From Nitrospirales bacterium (GTDB taxonomy: Bacteria; Nitrospirota; Nitrospiria; Nitrospirales; UBA8639), in assembly GCA_965203295.1 (NCBI GenBank), contig CBDBCZ010000019.1, positions 1,696,001 to 1,760,000 on the forward strand: a stretch of 64,000 nt of DNA. The letters run 5' to 3'. Positions within the stretch are counted from its first letter, which is position 1. Each line of letters begins with the position of its first letter. The translations under genes were made by a program, and so were the position numbers. The notes under the pieces are model-generated. The model had not been told where the DNA came from. It ran no database searches and saw only the letters and a list, made by a program, of their open reading frames with translations. Shown piece by piece: positions 30,382 to 39,822 of the stretch.

Positions 30382-31257
30382 TCACACTCCTACAGCAGAG
30401 ATTCGGTGTCTGAACCACTGAATTCCTACGATCAATCCGAGAAGGATGCACGCAAGGAAGGCATCTGTCGCACCAGTCGGCCAATCAAGGAAGTAGGAAA
30501 AAAGGAATCCAGAAAACCCAATTGCTGCCCCAATAATTCCAGCTAACAAGGGAATCAGATAAAAGCGGCCTGCAACTCTGAGGGCTATCATTGGGGGTAA
30601 GAGCAAAAAGGCAAAAGTAAGGAGAGGCCCAACCATCAACACACCTAAAGAAATTGACGTGCCCACGAGACCATACAACAAAAGATCCCAAACCCAGGCT
30701 CGTTTCCCCAAGGACAGAGCCATATCGCGATCGACCGAAATCAGCAACAACTCTTTTCTGAAATACCATAAAAGGGCCATGATCCCAGCATAGAACGAGA
30801 TGAGAAACAGTAAGTCGGTATCGGAGATTGCGATAATCTGTCCTCTGAGCAATTGAATCACGCCTACTTCTGGAATGTGCTCGGAAGCCAATAGTAATAT
30901 GGTCATAGCCCCTGCCAAAACATACACCACTCCGATACGCCCCTCTACCAATCCAAAACCCTTCCGCTCCAAACTAGCAAGTAGCATTAATACTCCGGTG
31001 GTCACGATCGTTGCTCCAACCAACGCTAAGACAAAATCACTATGAACCGGATCACCGACATGAAATACGAGATGCCAATACACCGCCGCTGCAATCCCTG
31101 TCGCGGACAGCTGAGGCAAAACTACGCCAAGAAACACCATCCTTCTGGCGTACATCAGAACTCCCACGAAGGGAAGAACGAGACCAGTGACCATTCCACC
31201 GTAGAGGGCGTTTCTTAAGACGTAAGAAGGATAAAGTATTTCGAGAATCTCGTTCAT
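30382..31257 (-). CDS. znuB: Zn/Mn ABC transporter permease
   Basis: RRMVFLG, D-x-x-x-A-x-S-L-G loop, VGPLLTFAFLLLPP. Confidence 0.85.
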   Translation of the reverse strand: MNEILEILYPSYVLRNALYGGMVTGLVLPFVGVLMYARRMVFLGVVLPQLSATGIAAAVYWHLVFHVGDPVHSDFVLALVGATIVTTGVLMLLASLERKGFGLVEGRIGVVYVLAGAMTILLLASEHIPEVGVIQLLRGQIIAISDTDLLFLISFYAGIMALLWYFRKELLLISVDRDMALSLGKRAWVWDLLLYGLVGTSISLGVLMVGPLLTFAFLLLPPMIALRVAGRFYLIPLLAGIIGAAIGFSGFLFSYFLDWPTGATDAFLACILLGLIVGIQWFRHRISAVGV

Positions 31258-31268
31258 GACATCCTTGG

Positions 31269-31976
31269 CTAACTAATAGGCATCTCCCAAGGATCTCGCT
31301 CCAACAAGGCCTTGAATTGGCTTCGAACGAGTTTTCCTTCTTCAAGAAGCAACACTTCTTCAAAGACCTCAGACATGGTTGGAAGGAAATGATCAGCCCA
31401 TAATAAGGTTAGCGCTGAATCTTGCTTGAGTTTAGCTAACAGGGTCACCATCGAGAGTACGGTTTCCCTATCTAGACTTGCGAGAGGTTCATCCATGACC
31501 AAAATCGTTGGATTAGTCGAGAGCGCTCGGGCAATCAGCACTCGTTGTTGCTGACCTCCAGAGAGGTCAGCATAAGATTTTCTGTCGAGCTCTCTAATCC
31601 CCACTTCACTCATCGCCCAATCAATACGTTCTCGCTCCTTCGTTCGCACACTCTGCCAAGGTCGTAATTCACCGTAGGTTCCCATCTCCACAACCTCTCT
31701 CACTGTCAAAGGGAGGAGCCCGCTGACAGATCTTCGTTGAGGAACGTAGCCAATCCGAATGTCATGATCATTGAGCGAATCATTCAGTCGCATCACTCCA
31801 TCCAGAGGTGAAAGAATTCCAGCAATGGTTTTTAAGAGAGCGGTTTTTCCAGATCCATTGGACCCGAGAACGGCCAAAGACTCTCCTACCGCGATCTCCA
31901 AGTTTACTGGACGGAGGACCGGATTCCCAGGGTAGCCGATAGCAACACCTTGCAAGCTAAGGAGTGAAGGATTCAT
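31269..31976 (-). CDS. znuC: Metal ABC transporter ATPase
   Basis: GSNGSGKT, GYVPQR, LSGGQQQR, MDEP. Confidence 0.88.
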   Translation of the reverse strand: MNPSLLSLQGVAIGYPGNPVLRPVNLEIAVGESLAVLGSNGSGKTALLKTIAGILSPLDGVMRLNDSLNDHDIRIGYVPQRRSVSGLLPLTVREVVEMGTYGELRPWQSVRTKERERIDWAMSEVGIRELDRKSYADLSGGQQQRVLIARALSTNPTILVMDEPLASLDRETVLSMVTLLAKLKQDSALTLLWADHFLPTMSEVFEEVLLLEEGKLVRSQFKALLERDPWEMPIS

Positions 31977-31979
31977 GAA

Positions 31980-32972
31980 TTAGCGTCGAGATAGCGCGGT
32001 TTGCTTTTGAACTGCAGTGAGGATGGATTGAAGATTAAATTCGATCAAATCTTCATACGTCTTAACCCCTGGATTCCCACCAACCATGATTAAAAATTTT
32101 GCGACCGATGCTCCGGTCTTCTCTGCCACCCACTGGGGAAGCTGTTCACCAAAGTGAGGCTCACGAAGAACAAGCTTGACCTGGTGTTTTTTCATCCGAT
32201 CAATCAACCAGACTAAGTGGGCTTGAGTCGGTTCGATGCCAGGCCGAATTTCGATTTGACCGACTTCTTCGAGGCCAAATCGTTCAGCAAAATAAATGGT
32301 ATCTTGATGGTACGACACAAACTTCACGCCTTGAAGCGGTTTGGCTATGCGCTGCCATTCCGCCATTTTCTCATCGATTCTCTTTTCAAAGGTTTTTAAA
32401 TTGTTCTCGAATACCGGCTTTCCAGCGGGATAGAGCCGTGAAAATCCCTCGGCGATTTTTTTGGCCATGACCTTGGCATATTCAGGGTCCAGATTCGTAT
32501 GCGGGTTGCCTAATGGATGAACATCTCCTTCTCTTCGAAGAAGGGACCGAGGGATTTGCTTGGGCTTAATACCACGCGAACAGTCAATATATCCTTCGTT
32601 ACTCTGAAGGATTTTTGAATTTCGTGCAACATCGATTAAGGCTGGCAACCAGGAATGTTCAGCCTGCAAGCCGAGCACGATAAGAACATCAGCCTGATTT
32701 AACTTCGGCACGAAACTGGGTTTAAGAGGCACACCGTGCAGATCTTCCAGCCCCTTGGCCAGGCTCTCGACAGCGACAAACTCGCCTCCAATTCTGGTCG
32801 CAAAGTCTGCCAGATCGGGGATGGATGTCACGACTTGGATTCGACCGCCTTCTTCAACAGAGGGCCGGCCGGCCATTCCGAGGTGAGCGATCACTAACAA
32901 ACCGCAAACAAACCACCAAAGCAACAGCCGGCTCCGTCGAAAAACCCGATTAGTCACGTTCTGTAAATCCAT
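31980..32972 (-). CDS. znuA: Metal ABC transporter substrate-binding protein (cluster A-I)
   Basis: EDLH, GDVHPLGNPH, SYHQD, PGIEPT; start estimated. Confidence 0.85.
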   Translation of the reverse strand: MDLQNVTNRVFRRSRLLLWWFVCGLLVIAHLGMAGRPSVEEGGRIQVVTSIPDLADFATRIGGEFVAVESLAKGLEDLHGVPLKPSFVPKLNQADVLIVLGLQAEHSWLPALIDVARNSKILQSNEGYIDCSRGIKPKQIPRSLLRREGDVHPLGNPHTNLDPEYAKVMAKKIAEGFSRLYPAGKPVFENNLKTFEKRIDEKMAEWQRIAKPLQGVKFVSYHQDTIYFAERFGLEEVGQIEIRPGIEPTQAHLVWLIDRMKKHQVKLVLREPHFGEQLPQWVAEKTGASVAKFLIMVGGNPGVKTYEDLIEFNLQSILTAVQKQTALSRR

Positions 32973-34623
32973 GTTGATGGCTGCCAATAACGACTTCCCA
33001 TTGAAAAAGGACTTGGCTGAGAGAATCGAATGTATTTCCATACGATTGATAGTTGTACTGAAGAATAAACTGTTGAAATTCACTTGGATAAAAGGTGATG
33101 TACGGACTATAGGTATTCGCGTTCGTTCGATTTCCATTGCTGTTGACTGTCGTCCCCATTAAGCCAGTAGTTGGATTGGTGACCAATGGCGGTTCACTCG
33201 GCAACTGATGGAAGTCATACCGGAAACCTGGTCTCCACCGCTTGCTGACTCGGTATTCTGTGTAGGCATATCCCCCCCATGCCCCCTGGGATACCGTACT
33301 GCCGAAGACATTTCGGCGTCCTTGTCCCCAATCATAGAAAATTTCGCCATGAAAGGAGAGGCTCTGTCGAAGCCCTCTTCCTAAAGGGTACCATCGATAA
33401 TGAAAATCCCAGTCCAAGGTATAGCGGTCAAGAGACTCGTCCTCCGGTGCCGCAAGAAGAGAGGTGTCGATGCCTTCTTTAACCCGAGGAATGACTCCAT
33501 CCGGCATGTAGACCGCAGAGAAACCTAGTTCAATATTGTTATCGTCGTTGAGGTCATAATACGATCGAACCGAACCGAATAATGTATTGCCTTGATTGAC
33601 TTGTTGCCGGAATGGAGAGAGCGCGTCTTCACTCAACTGCCCAAAGTTAAAGCCCCACCCAGTGTTTATCTCCAAATAGATGGGTAAAGGGGCTAACCAA
33701 GCTACTTCAAACCCATCTGTTCGATTTTGTCCATAACTCAGTGCAACGGACGGTGGCACATCGATTTGAGGAAGATCATGTGCATGACGACGGCCCAAAA
33801 ATCCCCAATTCGAAAAGAAACGGCCTCCTCGGACAAAAAGATTATACGGAAGAGAAGTCGTCTGAATGGCCGCTTCTTCAATCTCAAACACAGCTTTTAG
33901 AAATTCAGATTCGCCCTTCTCATTCACTCCTTCTCCGTGCCCTGCGGCAATCACGTAAGCTCGAGCAAAAGTATCGACGTCCGCTGCAGCGAACAATTCA
34001 ATCGTACGAAGGGCAGTTGAGAAGTTTGATGGAAGCCTTGTCCCAACCTGCCCTTCGTCTTCTGAAGCCTCACCATACGGTGACGTAAATTCCCCGACAA
34101 AACGTTGTTCACGCTGTGTATATCCTGCAACCGACTCAATCACGAATCCAATCGCAGGATTGAAACGATTTAAAATCTGTTGCCGTCGAAGAATGGCTTT
34201 TTTCCGATCCTCTGAAGGTTGATCCAGAGAATCGGGAACATCCATCGGCATTCCACCTGAACGAAGAATCATATCCTGAGGATCGGCTGCCGTCTTCGCT
34301 CCGGGAAACCGTCCTTCAACGGACATACTCCGATCCTCAGAAGATGGCTGACCCGAGTTTGACGACGACTGATTCCTCTCCTCTGCATTAGTTTTTCCTT
34401 GATTGCCTTTTTCGTCTTGAGCCGTTGAGGGCTGCAGCTGAGCGAGTTTAAAATGGACTTCCTCGAGCGTCTTTTCCGTATCAATCTGATTCTTCAAGAA
34501 GATCGGTTTCGTCAACAATTCTTCGGCAAACACCTGGCAATTCAGACCAATAATCATAAATGTATAAAGAACTATTAATAAGAAGACCCAAGACATTCGT
34601 GTCCTTAGGAAAAGATGCGTCAT
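32950..34623 (-). CDS. Outer-membrane receptor/porin, putative zinc uptake
   Basis: Signal peptide, disordered linker, FNPAIG, EIEEA, HAHD, alternating beta-strands, C-terminal GSHQHGF. Confidence 0.75.
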   Translation of the reverse strand: MTHLFLRTRMSWVFLLIVLYTFMIIGLNCQVFAEELLTKPIFLKNQIDTEKTLEEVHFKLAQLQPSTAQDEKGNQGKTNAEERNQSSSNSGQPSSEDRSMSVEGRFPGAKTAADPQDMILRSGGMPMDVPDSLDQPSEDRKKAILRRQQILNRFNPAIGFVIESVAGYTQREQRFVGEFTSPYGEASEDEGQVGTRLPSNFSTALRTIELFAAADVDTFARAYVIAAGHGEGVNEKGESEFLKAVFEIEEAAIQTTSLPYNLFVRGGRFFSNWGFLGRRHAHDLPQIDVPPSVALSYGQNRTDGFEVAWLAPLPIYLEINTGWGFNFGQLSEDALSPFRQQVNQGNTLFGSVRSYYDLNDDNNIELGFSAVYMPDGVIPRVKEGIDTSLLAAPEDESLDRYTLDWDFHYRWYPLGRGLRQSLSFHGEIFYDWGQGRRNVFGSTVSQGAWGGYAYTEYRVSKRWRPGFRYDFHQLPSEPPLVTNPTTGLMGTTVNSNGNRTNANTYSPYITFYPSEFQQFILQYNYQSYGNTFDSLSQVLFQWEVVIGSHQHGFTERD

Positions 34624-34671
34624 GATTCTACTCCTCGTTTAGAGTTTTCTCCCAACTTTATTAGTCTCAAG

Positions 34672-34722
34672 GAGCATGAATGATTCATGACTGACCCTGA
34701 AAATTCAGTCATATCATTGCTC
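34672..34722 (-). promoter_or_regulatory. Long intergenic stem-loop between uORF and receptor gene
   Basis: GAGCA-ATGAT-ATGACTGA pairs with TCAGTCAT-ATCAT-TGCTC. Confidence 0.55.
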
Positions 34723-34757
34723 TTACTGAAACTTAATCCTGAAAATTCTGGGAAGAA

Positions 34758-35090
34758 TTAAGACTGAGGAGGAGCTCGGGGACTTCCAGTAGAAAATAGC
34801 TGGGCAGAATGCCCATATTCATGAACGGGATAGAACCGATCTCCAAGACTGGCGAGCACAACCAATCCAGGGGGATTGATAATCAGTGAACCGCTCGTAT
34901 GTTTTTGGATCCATTGGCAGAGATCAAAATCAGAATGCTCATGACCATCATGGTCCACTTCTGCAAAGATATGGTGAATTTCTAGGGCCCCAGCAAATGG
35001 AAGAAGGGTAAAGAGAGTGAGGACGAGGAGCCCGGCCACGGTGAAATACCCAAAAGACCAACAAACTCGTTTTCGATGTGAGTGATTCAT
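34758..35090 (-). CDS. DUF2946/CruR-like His-rich leader protein with C-terminal RAPP motif
   Basis: Signal/TM segment, HHIFAEVDHDGHEHSDFDLCQW, ends SPRAPPQS*. Confidence 0.75.
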   Translation of the reverse strand: MNHSHRKRVCWSFGYFTVAGLLVLTLFTLLPFAGALEIHHIFAEVDHDGHEHSDFDLCQWIQKHTSGSLIINPPGLVVLASLGDRFYPVHEYGHSAQLFSTGSPRAPPQS

Positions 35091-35098
35091 AGAAGGAA

Positions 35099-35149
35099 AA
35101 ACTATCAGAGCGTTCAAATATTGTCAACGTTATCTGCAAATCATTTGCA
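35099..35149 (-). promoter_or_regulatory. Sigma70 promoter with adjacent putative Zur box
   Basis: TTGACA (35127-35122)-17 bp-TAGTTT (35104-35099) with TG extension; TGCAA-ATCAT-TTGCA at 35135-35149. Confidence 0.65.
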
Positions 35150-35201
35150 TTAAAGCTTTACTCTCAAGCCACTAAGACTCCACAGAGGGAAAGGCTTGAA
35201 A

Positions 35202-36095
35202 TTAAGGCATTGATCCAACCAAAAGCTCTGGGTCAAGACGTTGTTGAAAAAGATTCATGCGCCAGTCCAAATGAGGACCTGTCACTCGCCCAGTTGCCCC
35301 AATTTCTGCAATAGGCTCTCCATGACGGACATAAGCGCCTTCTTTGACCAGTATCTTGTTCAAATGGAGAAACGCAGAAGAAAGGCCATGCCCATGATCC
35401 AATATCATAGTCCCACCAGAAAAAAACATATCGGGATGCACTAATGTCACCAGTCCACTTGCCGGAGCAACGACGATAGTCCCTACTGGTGCAGAAATAT
35501 CTACCCCATAATGTGGACGACGAGGCTCTCCATTTAAGATTCGCTGACTTCCATAGACCCCGGTGATTTTTCCGAGCGCTGGCCATATAAATCCATTCGC
35601 AAAGTCTGTCCGGGGATCATCTCGCTTGCGGGCCTCTTTGGTTCGTTCCACTTCTCTTTTAATTCGTGTAAGATCTTCTTTCTTGGGGTTCACTTTCCTA
35701 GAAGGTAATCCATTAATACGTTGGATCTTGTACGTTCGGCGTTGGACAGCTAAGACTCGTTTTTCATGATTTCCATCCTCATAGATGACTTCCACATTCA
35801 CCTTATCCGAAGCATCTCGACCGAATCCCACTAAAAAAGTACCTTGAGGAGATACTCGCACAGGATTTCCATTGATCTTGACCTGCGCACCAGATGAGGT
35901 CTTGCCTTGGACTAGCCCCCCTTGAATGATTGGCCCCTCGAGTGACAGAGCACCTCCAAACGCAGTACCTCTCGGAGAAAATGCTAGAAAGAGCAAGAGA
36001 ATTCCTGCAAGACCCATTTTCAGACTATTCGACCAGCTCTGTTGTGAGCCACAAAATTCTACAATTTCAATTCCTTTTCTCAACTCTACTCTCAT
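35202..36095 (-). CDS. M23-family metallopeptidase (start uncertain)
   Basis: HYGVD, HGHG, FLHL, TGPHLDW. Confidence 0.9.
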   Translation of the reverse strand: MRVELRKGIEIVEFCGSQQSWSNSLKMGLAGILLLFLAFSPRGTAFGGALSLEGPIIQGGLVQGKTSSGAQVKINGNPVRVSPQGTFLVGFGRDASDKVNVEVIYEDGNHEKRVLAVQRRTYKIQRINGLPSRKVNPKKEDLTRIKREVERTKEARKRDDPRTDFANGFIWPALGKITGVYGSQRILNGEPRRPHYGVDISAPVGTIVVAPASGLVTLVHPDMFFSGGTMILDHGHGLSSAFLHLNKILVKEGAYVRHGEPIAEIGATGRVTGPHLDWRMNLFQQRLDPELLVGSMP

Positions 36096-36261
36096 GAAGC
36101 ATCCTGTGGAAAAACACTTTGATAGATTAGAAAAACCGAATGGGCATGGTTAACCATGGTTAACCATGGTCTTCTTGACAACCCAGGAACGCGCTATGGT
36201 ACAAGTACTTCCCAATTATCTGACTTGTAAATACTATTCATTATTATAATCCGGTGAATAC

Positions 36262-36705
36262 ATGAGATTTTTTGTTTACGCTGACAACCTCAACCCTTCA
36301 CAACTTAAAAATCGGGCACCAGAGCATCAATTCCTTTTCAAGGCCTACCTTCCAGATCATACCATCAATTTTCCGAGATGGTCCTCCCAATGGCGTGGCG
36401 GCTTAGCCAGTGTAACTCCCTCCGCTGGAGAACGGGTTTGGGGTATTGTCCTGGAGATTACCGAAGAAGATTTAAAAATCATGGATGTACTTGATAACGA
36501 AGTCCCTGAAGGAGCTTATAGACATTTAGAAGCCACAGTCATGACTGAGGATGACCAAAAAGAACTGGTGACGTTCCACGCTGGGACTTCTATTGGCAAA
36601 TTCAAACCCAAACCCCACTATATAGATTGGGTGATTAAAGGCGTTAAACATTGGGAACTGCCTGAAGAATGCGTTGAAATGTGGGAATTTCTGCGATCAA
36701 GCTGA
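36262..36705 (+). CDS. Gamma-glutamylcyclotransferase-like protein
   Basis: FFVYADNL, VWG, final PxPxY motif. Confidence 0.75.
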   Translation: MRFFVYADNLNPSQLKNRAPEHQFLFKAYLPDHTINFPRWSSQWRGGLASVTPSAGERVWGIVLEITEEDLKIMDVLDNEVPEGAYRHLEATVMTEDDQKELVTFHAGTSIGKFKPKPHYIDWVIKGVKHWELPEECVEMWEFLRSS

Positions 36706-36708
36706 AAA

Positions 36709-36805
36709 ATTTCGAGTTCCGAGTTTTGAGTCTCGGGTTTAGAGTTAATTGGGAGCGCCTGTAAGATCTATTTCTCCATAACTCTAAACTATAAACTCGA
36801 AACTC
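36709..36805. repeat. Inverted arrays of degenerate 7-bp tandem repeats
   Basis: TTCGAGT-like units facing AACTCTA/AACTATA/AACTCGA units. Confidence 0.7.
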
Positions 36806-36826
36806 TTCTAAATTAAGGAGCAATAT

Positions 36827-37153
36827 ATGCCTAAACCTAAATATCATCTTGTCGTTTGTACTAACACCAGACCACCTGGTCATCCCAAACCATCATGCGG
36901 GGGAGAAGGTTCTCAAAACATTCTTATGGCCTTAAATATGGGACTCATTGAACGTGGCTTCCAACCGGTTGAAGTGTTGGTAACTGGCTCGACTTGCCTC
37001 GGACCTTGCGAACAAGGCCCCACTCTTGTGGTCTATCCAGACGGAATCTGGTATTCCCGCGTGAAAGAATCCGATGTCGCGACGATCCTTGATGAACATA
37101 TTAAAAAAGGAACACCAGTAGAACAACTCAAACCCGATTCTGTGTGGAGTTAG
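36827..37153 (+). CDS. Thioredoxin-like [2Fe-2S] ferredoxin
   Basis: VCTN...SC...CLGPCEQGP, VYPDGIWY; AAGGAG RBS. Confidence 0.92.
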   Translation: MPKPKYHLVVCTNTRPPGHPKPSCGGEGSQNILMALNMGLIERGFQPVEVLVTGSTCLGPCEQGPTLVVYPDGIWYSRVKESDVATILDEHIKKGTPVEQLKPDSVWS

Positions 37154-37178
37154 CTGTTTTTCCGGATCCTGTGCCCTC

Positions 37179-37730
37179 ATGAGTGGCCCCCATCATAGCC
37201 CAGGCTCTAGGCTGCATGAGGAACATTCTGCTCACATAGAGCATAAGGCTAGAGGGCCGGCCTCTTTGGGTTGTGGAGTCATTACCTGTAGTGATACCCG
37301 CACTCCTGAAACCGATAAGAGCGGGCAGATCATCCAACAGTTGCTAAGGGATCAAGGTCATCATATTACGTCGTATAATGTTGTCAAAGATGAGCCGGCT
37401 GAAGTTCATCGGCTTGTTACCGATCTTGCGCAACAGAAAAAAACTTCCGCCATTATCATCAACGGCGGAACGGGGATTTCTCACCGTGACACGACTTTTG
37501 AGGCTGTGGATGCTCTGCTGGAAAAACGTTTAGATGGATTTGGTGAAATTTTTCGGTACCTAAGCTACAAAGACATTGGCTCAGCCACCATGCTGAGCCG
37601 TTCTACTGCAGGACTTTACAAAAAGAAAGTCATCTTCTCGATTCCCGGATCCAGCGGAGCAGTCCGTTTAGCTATGGAAGCACTGATTTTGCCGGAACTT
37701 CCACACATAGTCGGGGAAATTAACAAATAG
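37179..37730 (+). CDS. moaB: Molybdenum cofactor biosynthesis protein B
   Basis: SDTR, DKSG, GGTG..RDTT, GFGEIFR, PGS. Confidence 0.92.
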   Translation: MSGPHHSPGSRLHEEHSAHIEHKARGPASLGCGVITCSDTRTPETDKSGQIIQQLLRDQGHHITSYNVVKDEPAEVHRLVTDLAQQKKTSAIIINGGTGISHRDTTFEAVDALLEKRLDGFGEIFRYLSYKDIGSATMLSRSTAGLYKKKVIFSIPGSSGAVRLAMEALILPELPHIVGEINK

Positions 37731-37762
37731 AGTCTTTGCCCTACTACTCTTGTCCCACTCAG

Positions 37763-38803
37763 TCAATCAATTCGCAATACGACCTTCCCAAACACTTGGC
37801 GGTTAAGCAGCAATTCCTGAGCTGGCCGTGCCTCAGCTAGAGGCAACACTCGATCGATTACTGGCTTCACTTTTCCTGTTCCGATTAAAGCCGCAGCCTT
37901 ACACATTTCAGCCCTCGTTCCCATATACGACCCCATAATCTTGAGCTGCCGCATGAACAGAAAACGAGTATCTACGTGTGCCTGAGCACCGGTCGTCGCC
38001 CCGCACGTGACAAGACGTCCACCTCGAGAAAGGGATCGGATACATTGATCCCAGACCTGATCCCCAACATGTTCAATCACCACATCGACTCCACGTCCAC
38101 TGGTATATTCCTCAATGTGTTTCTGAATACTATCCACTGAATGATTAATGACCAGATCTGCACCTAGATTCCGTGCCTTCTCCATTTTCTCTTCAGTCCC
38201 GACTGTGGTAATCACTTGAGCTCCTACTAATTTTCCTAATTGAACCGCAAGACTTCCTACCCCACTGCCCGCTCCAACCACCAACATCGTTTCACCAGGC
38301 CGTAGTTCGGCCAATCCGAAAATCATATGCCAGGCCGTCACCGAGACGAGAGGAAACGCTGCCGCTTGCTCAAACGTGAGATCTCCAGGAATCGGCATCA
38401 CATTTATAACCGCGACTTTCACATATTCAGCATAGCCTCCCTTTACCTTTGCACCCAAAACGTGGAATTCTTGGCAGAGATTCTCTCGACCTCCAAAGCA
38501 CTCAGGACATCGCCAACAGCTGAGTCCTGGTGAGACAAATACACGCTGACCGATCGAAAGAGACGACCCTCCACCATCATTCAACTGCTCTATGACCCCA
38601 CTCACATCTGATCCTGAAATATGGGGAAGTGGAACGTGATAGTTTGGAATGCCTTGACGTATCCAAATATCCAAATGATTCAAAGCACAGGCTTTGACAC
38701 GAATCAACACTTCTCCCGGCCCAATCTCTGGATCAGAGACCTGTTCGACACACAACTCCTCTGGTCCACCATGCCTGTGAAAGGTCACAGCCTTCATTGG
38801 CAC
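37763..38803 (-). CDS. Zinc-binding MDR dehydrogenase/quinone oxidoreductase
   Basis: LNHLD, structural Zn CWRCPEC...C, GAGSGVG, GKVVL. Confidence 0.9.
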   Translation of the reverse strand: MPMKAVTFHRHGGPEELCVEQVSDPEIGPGEVLIRVKACALNHLDIWIRQGIPNYHVPLPHISGSDVSGVIEQLNDGGGSSLSIGQRVFVSPGLSCWRCPECFGGRENLCQEFHVLGAKVKGGYAEYVKVAVINVMPIPGDLTFEQAAAFPLVSVTAWHMIFGLAELRPGETMLVVGAGSGVGSLAVQLGKLVGAQVITTVGTEEKMEKARNLGADLVINHSVDSIQKHIEEYTSGRGVDVVIEHVGDQVWDQCIRSLSRGGRLVTCGATTGAQAHVDTRFLFMRQLKIMGSYMGTRAEMCKAAALIGTGKVKPVIDRVLPLAEARPAQELLLNRQVFGKVVLRID

Positions 38804-38816
38804 TCCCTCATTCGTT

Positions 38817-39752
38817 CTACTCTAAAACTAAGTTTCCCTCAGCAACCATGACCACCTGCCCTCCCACTTTCACTTCTTGGATGATGTCATCATCTGAGAG
38901 AACTTGGATGATAATGCGAGAGGGACGATCAATTTCATACCCTTGCTCCGCGACTATTTCTGTGGTCGGCCCGACGTCCACGACTCCATGTTTGACGAGG
39001 TATCCTCCGAGTGCCCCGCTGGCACTACCGGTGGCTGGATCCTCTAATAATCCGATCGGACTGGCAAACATGCGCGTATGAACCGTGGATTCTTGCTCAA
39101 CCGTCATCAGACTAAATGCCATGATGCCATTGGCGCCTAATCGCGCACAAATGTTCTTTACGGCATCGGACTCAGGATTGATTGATCTGACAGCAGTGAG
39201 TGACCGAATGGGAACAATGAACACAGGCAATCCGGTAGAAACAACCTCAAGAGCAAGTTTCGTATCAGTGATCACTGATTTCGCCACCCCTAAAGCTTTA
39301 CTCACATCATACAAGTCCTGCACATCATCAACCGTTCCCAAGAACTGAAGTTGGGGTTGTGTCATGATCACACTCTCAATTCGACCATCCCGAACATAGA
39401 GCTCAACCCCAAATACTCCAATGTTCGTTTCAAATGTCGCGCGGGTCACAGGTTCAACGAGAGGGAACCGCCTTAACAGACCCAATACATAAAACGTTCC
39501 CAAGACAGGATGACCGGCAAACGGAATTTCTTGCGTTGGCGTGAAAATCCGGAGTTTGACCATAGCTGACGGATCAGTAGGAGAAACCACAAACACCGTC
39601 TCAGAAAGGTTCATCTCGCGTGCGATTTGTTGGAACTCGCGGTCTGTGAGATCGTCTGCTTCAGAAATCACCGCCAAGGGATTCCCACAGAAAATTTGGT
39701 CGGTGAAGACATCAGCCTTGTAGAAACGGAGGTGTCGCGATTTGGGGTTCAT
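38817..39752 (-). CDS. PhzF-family isomerase
   Basis: DVFT, GNPL, NLSET, EIPFAGHP, EDPATGSA, EQG. Confidence 0.92.
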   Translation of the reverse strand: MNPKSRHLRFYKADVFTDQIFCGNPLAVISEADDLTDREFQQIAREMNLSETVFVVSPTDPSAMVKLRIFTPTQEIPFAGHPVLGTFYVLGLLRRFPLVEPVTRATFETNIGVFGVELYVRDGRIESVIMTQPQLQFLGTVDDVQDLYDVSKALGVAKSVITDTKLALEVVSTGLPVFIVPIRSLTAVRSINPESDAVKNICARLGANGIMAFSLMTVEQESTVHTRMFASPIGLLEDPATGSASGALGGYLVKHGVVDVGPTTEIVAEQGYEIDRPSRIIIQVLSDDDIIQEVKVGGQVVMVAEGNLVLE

Positions 39753-39822
39753 TCAGGATATTTTATCGGAGAAGGGTTGAGGAATCTGGCACAGGAGTGA
39801 CTGGCCATTGTGGGAAACGCCA

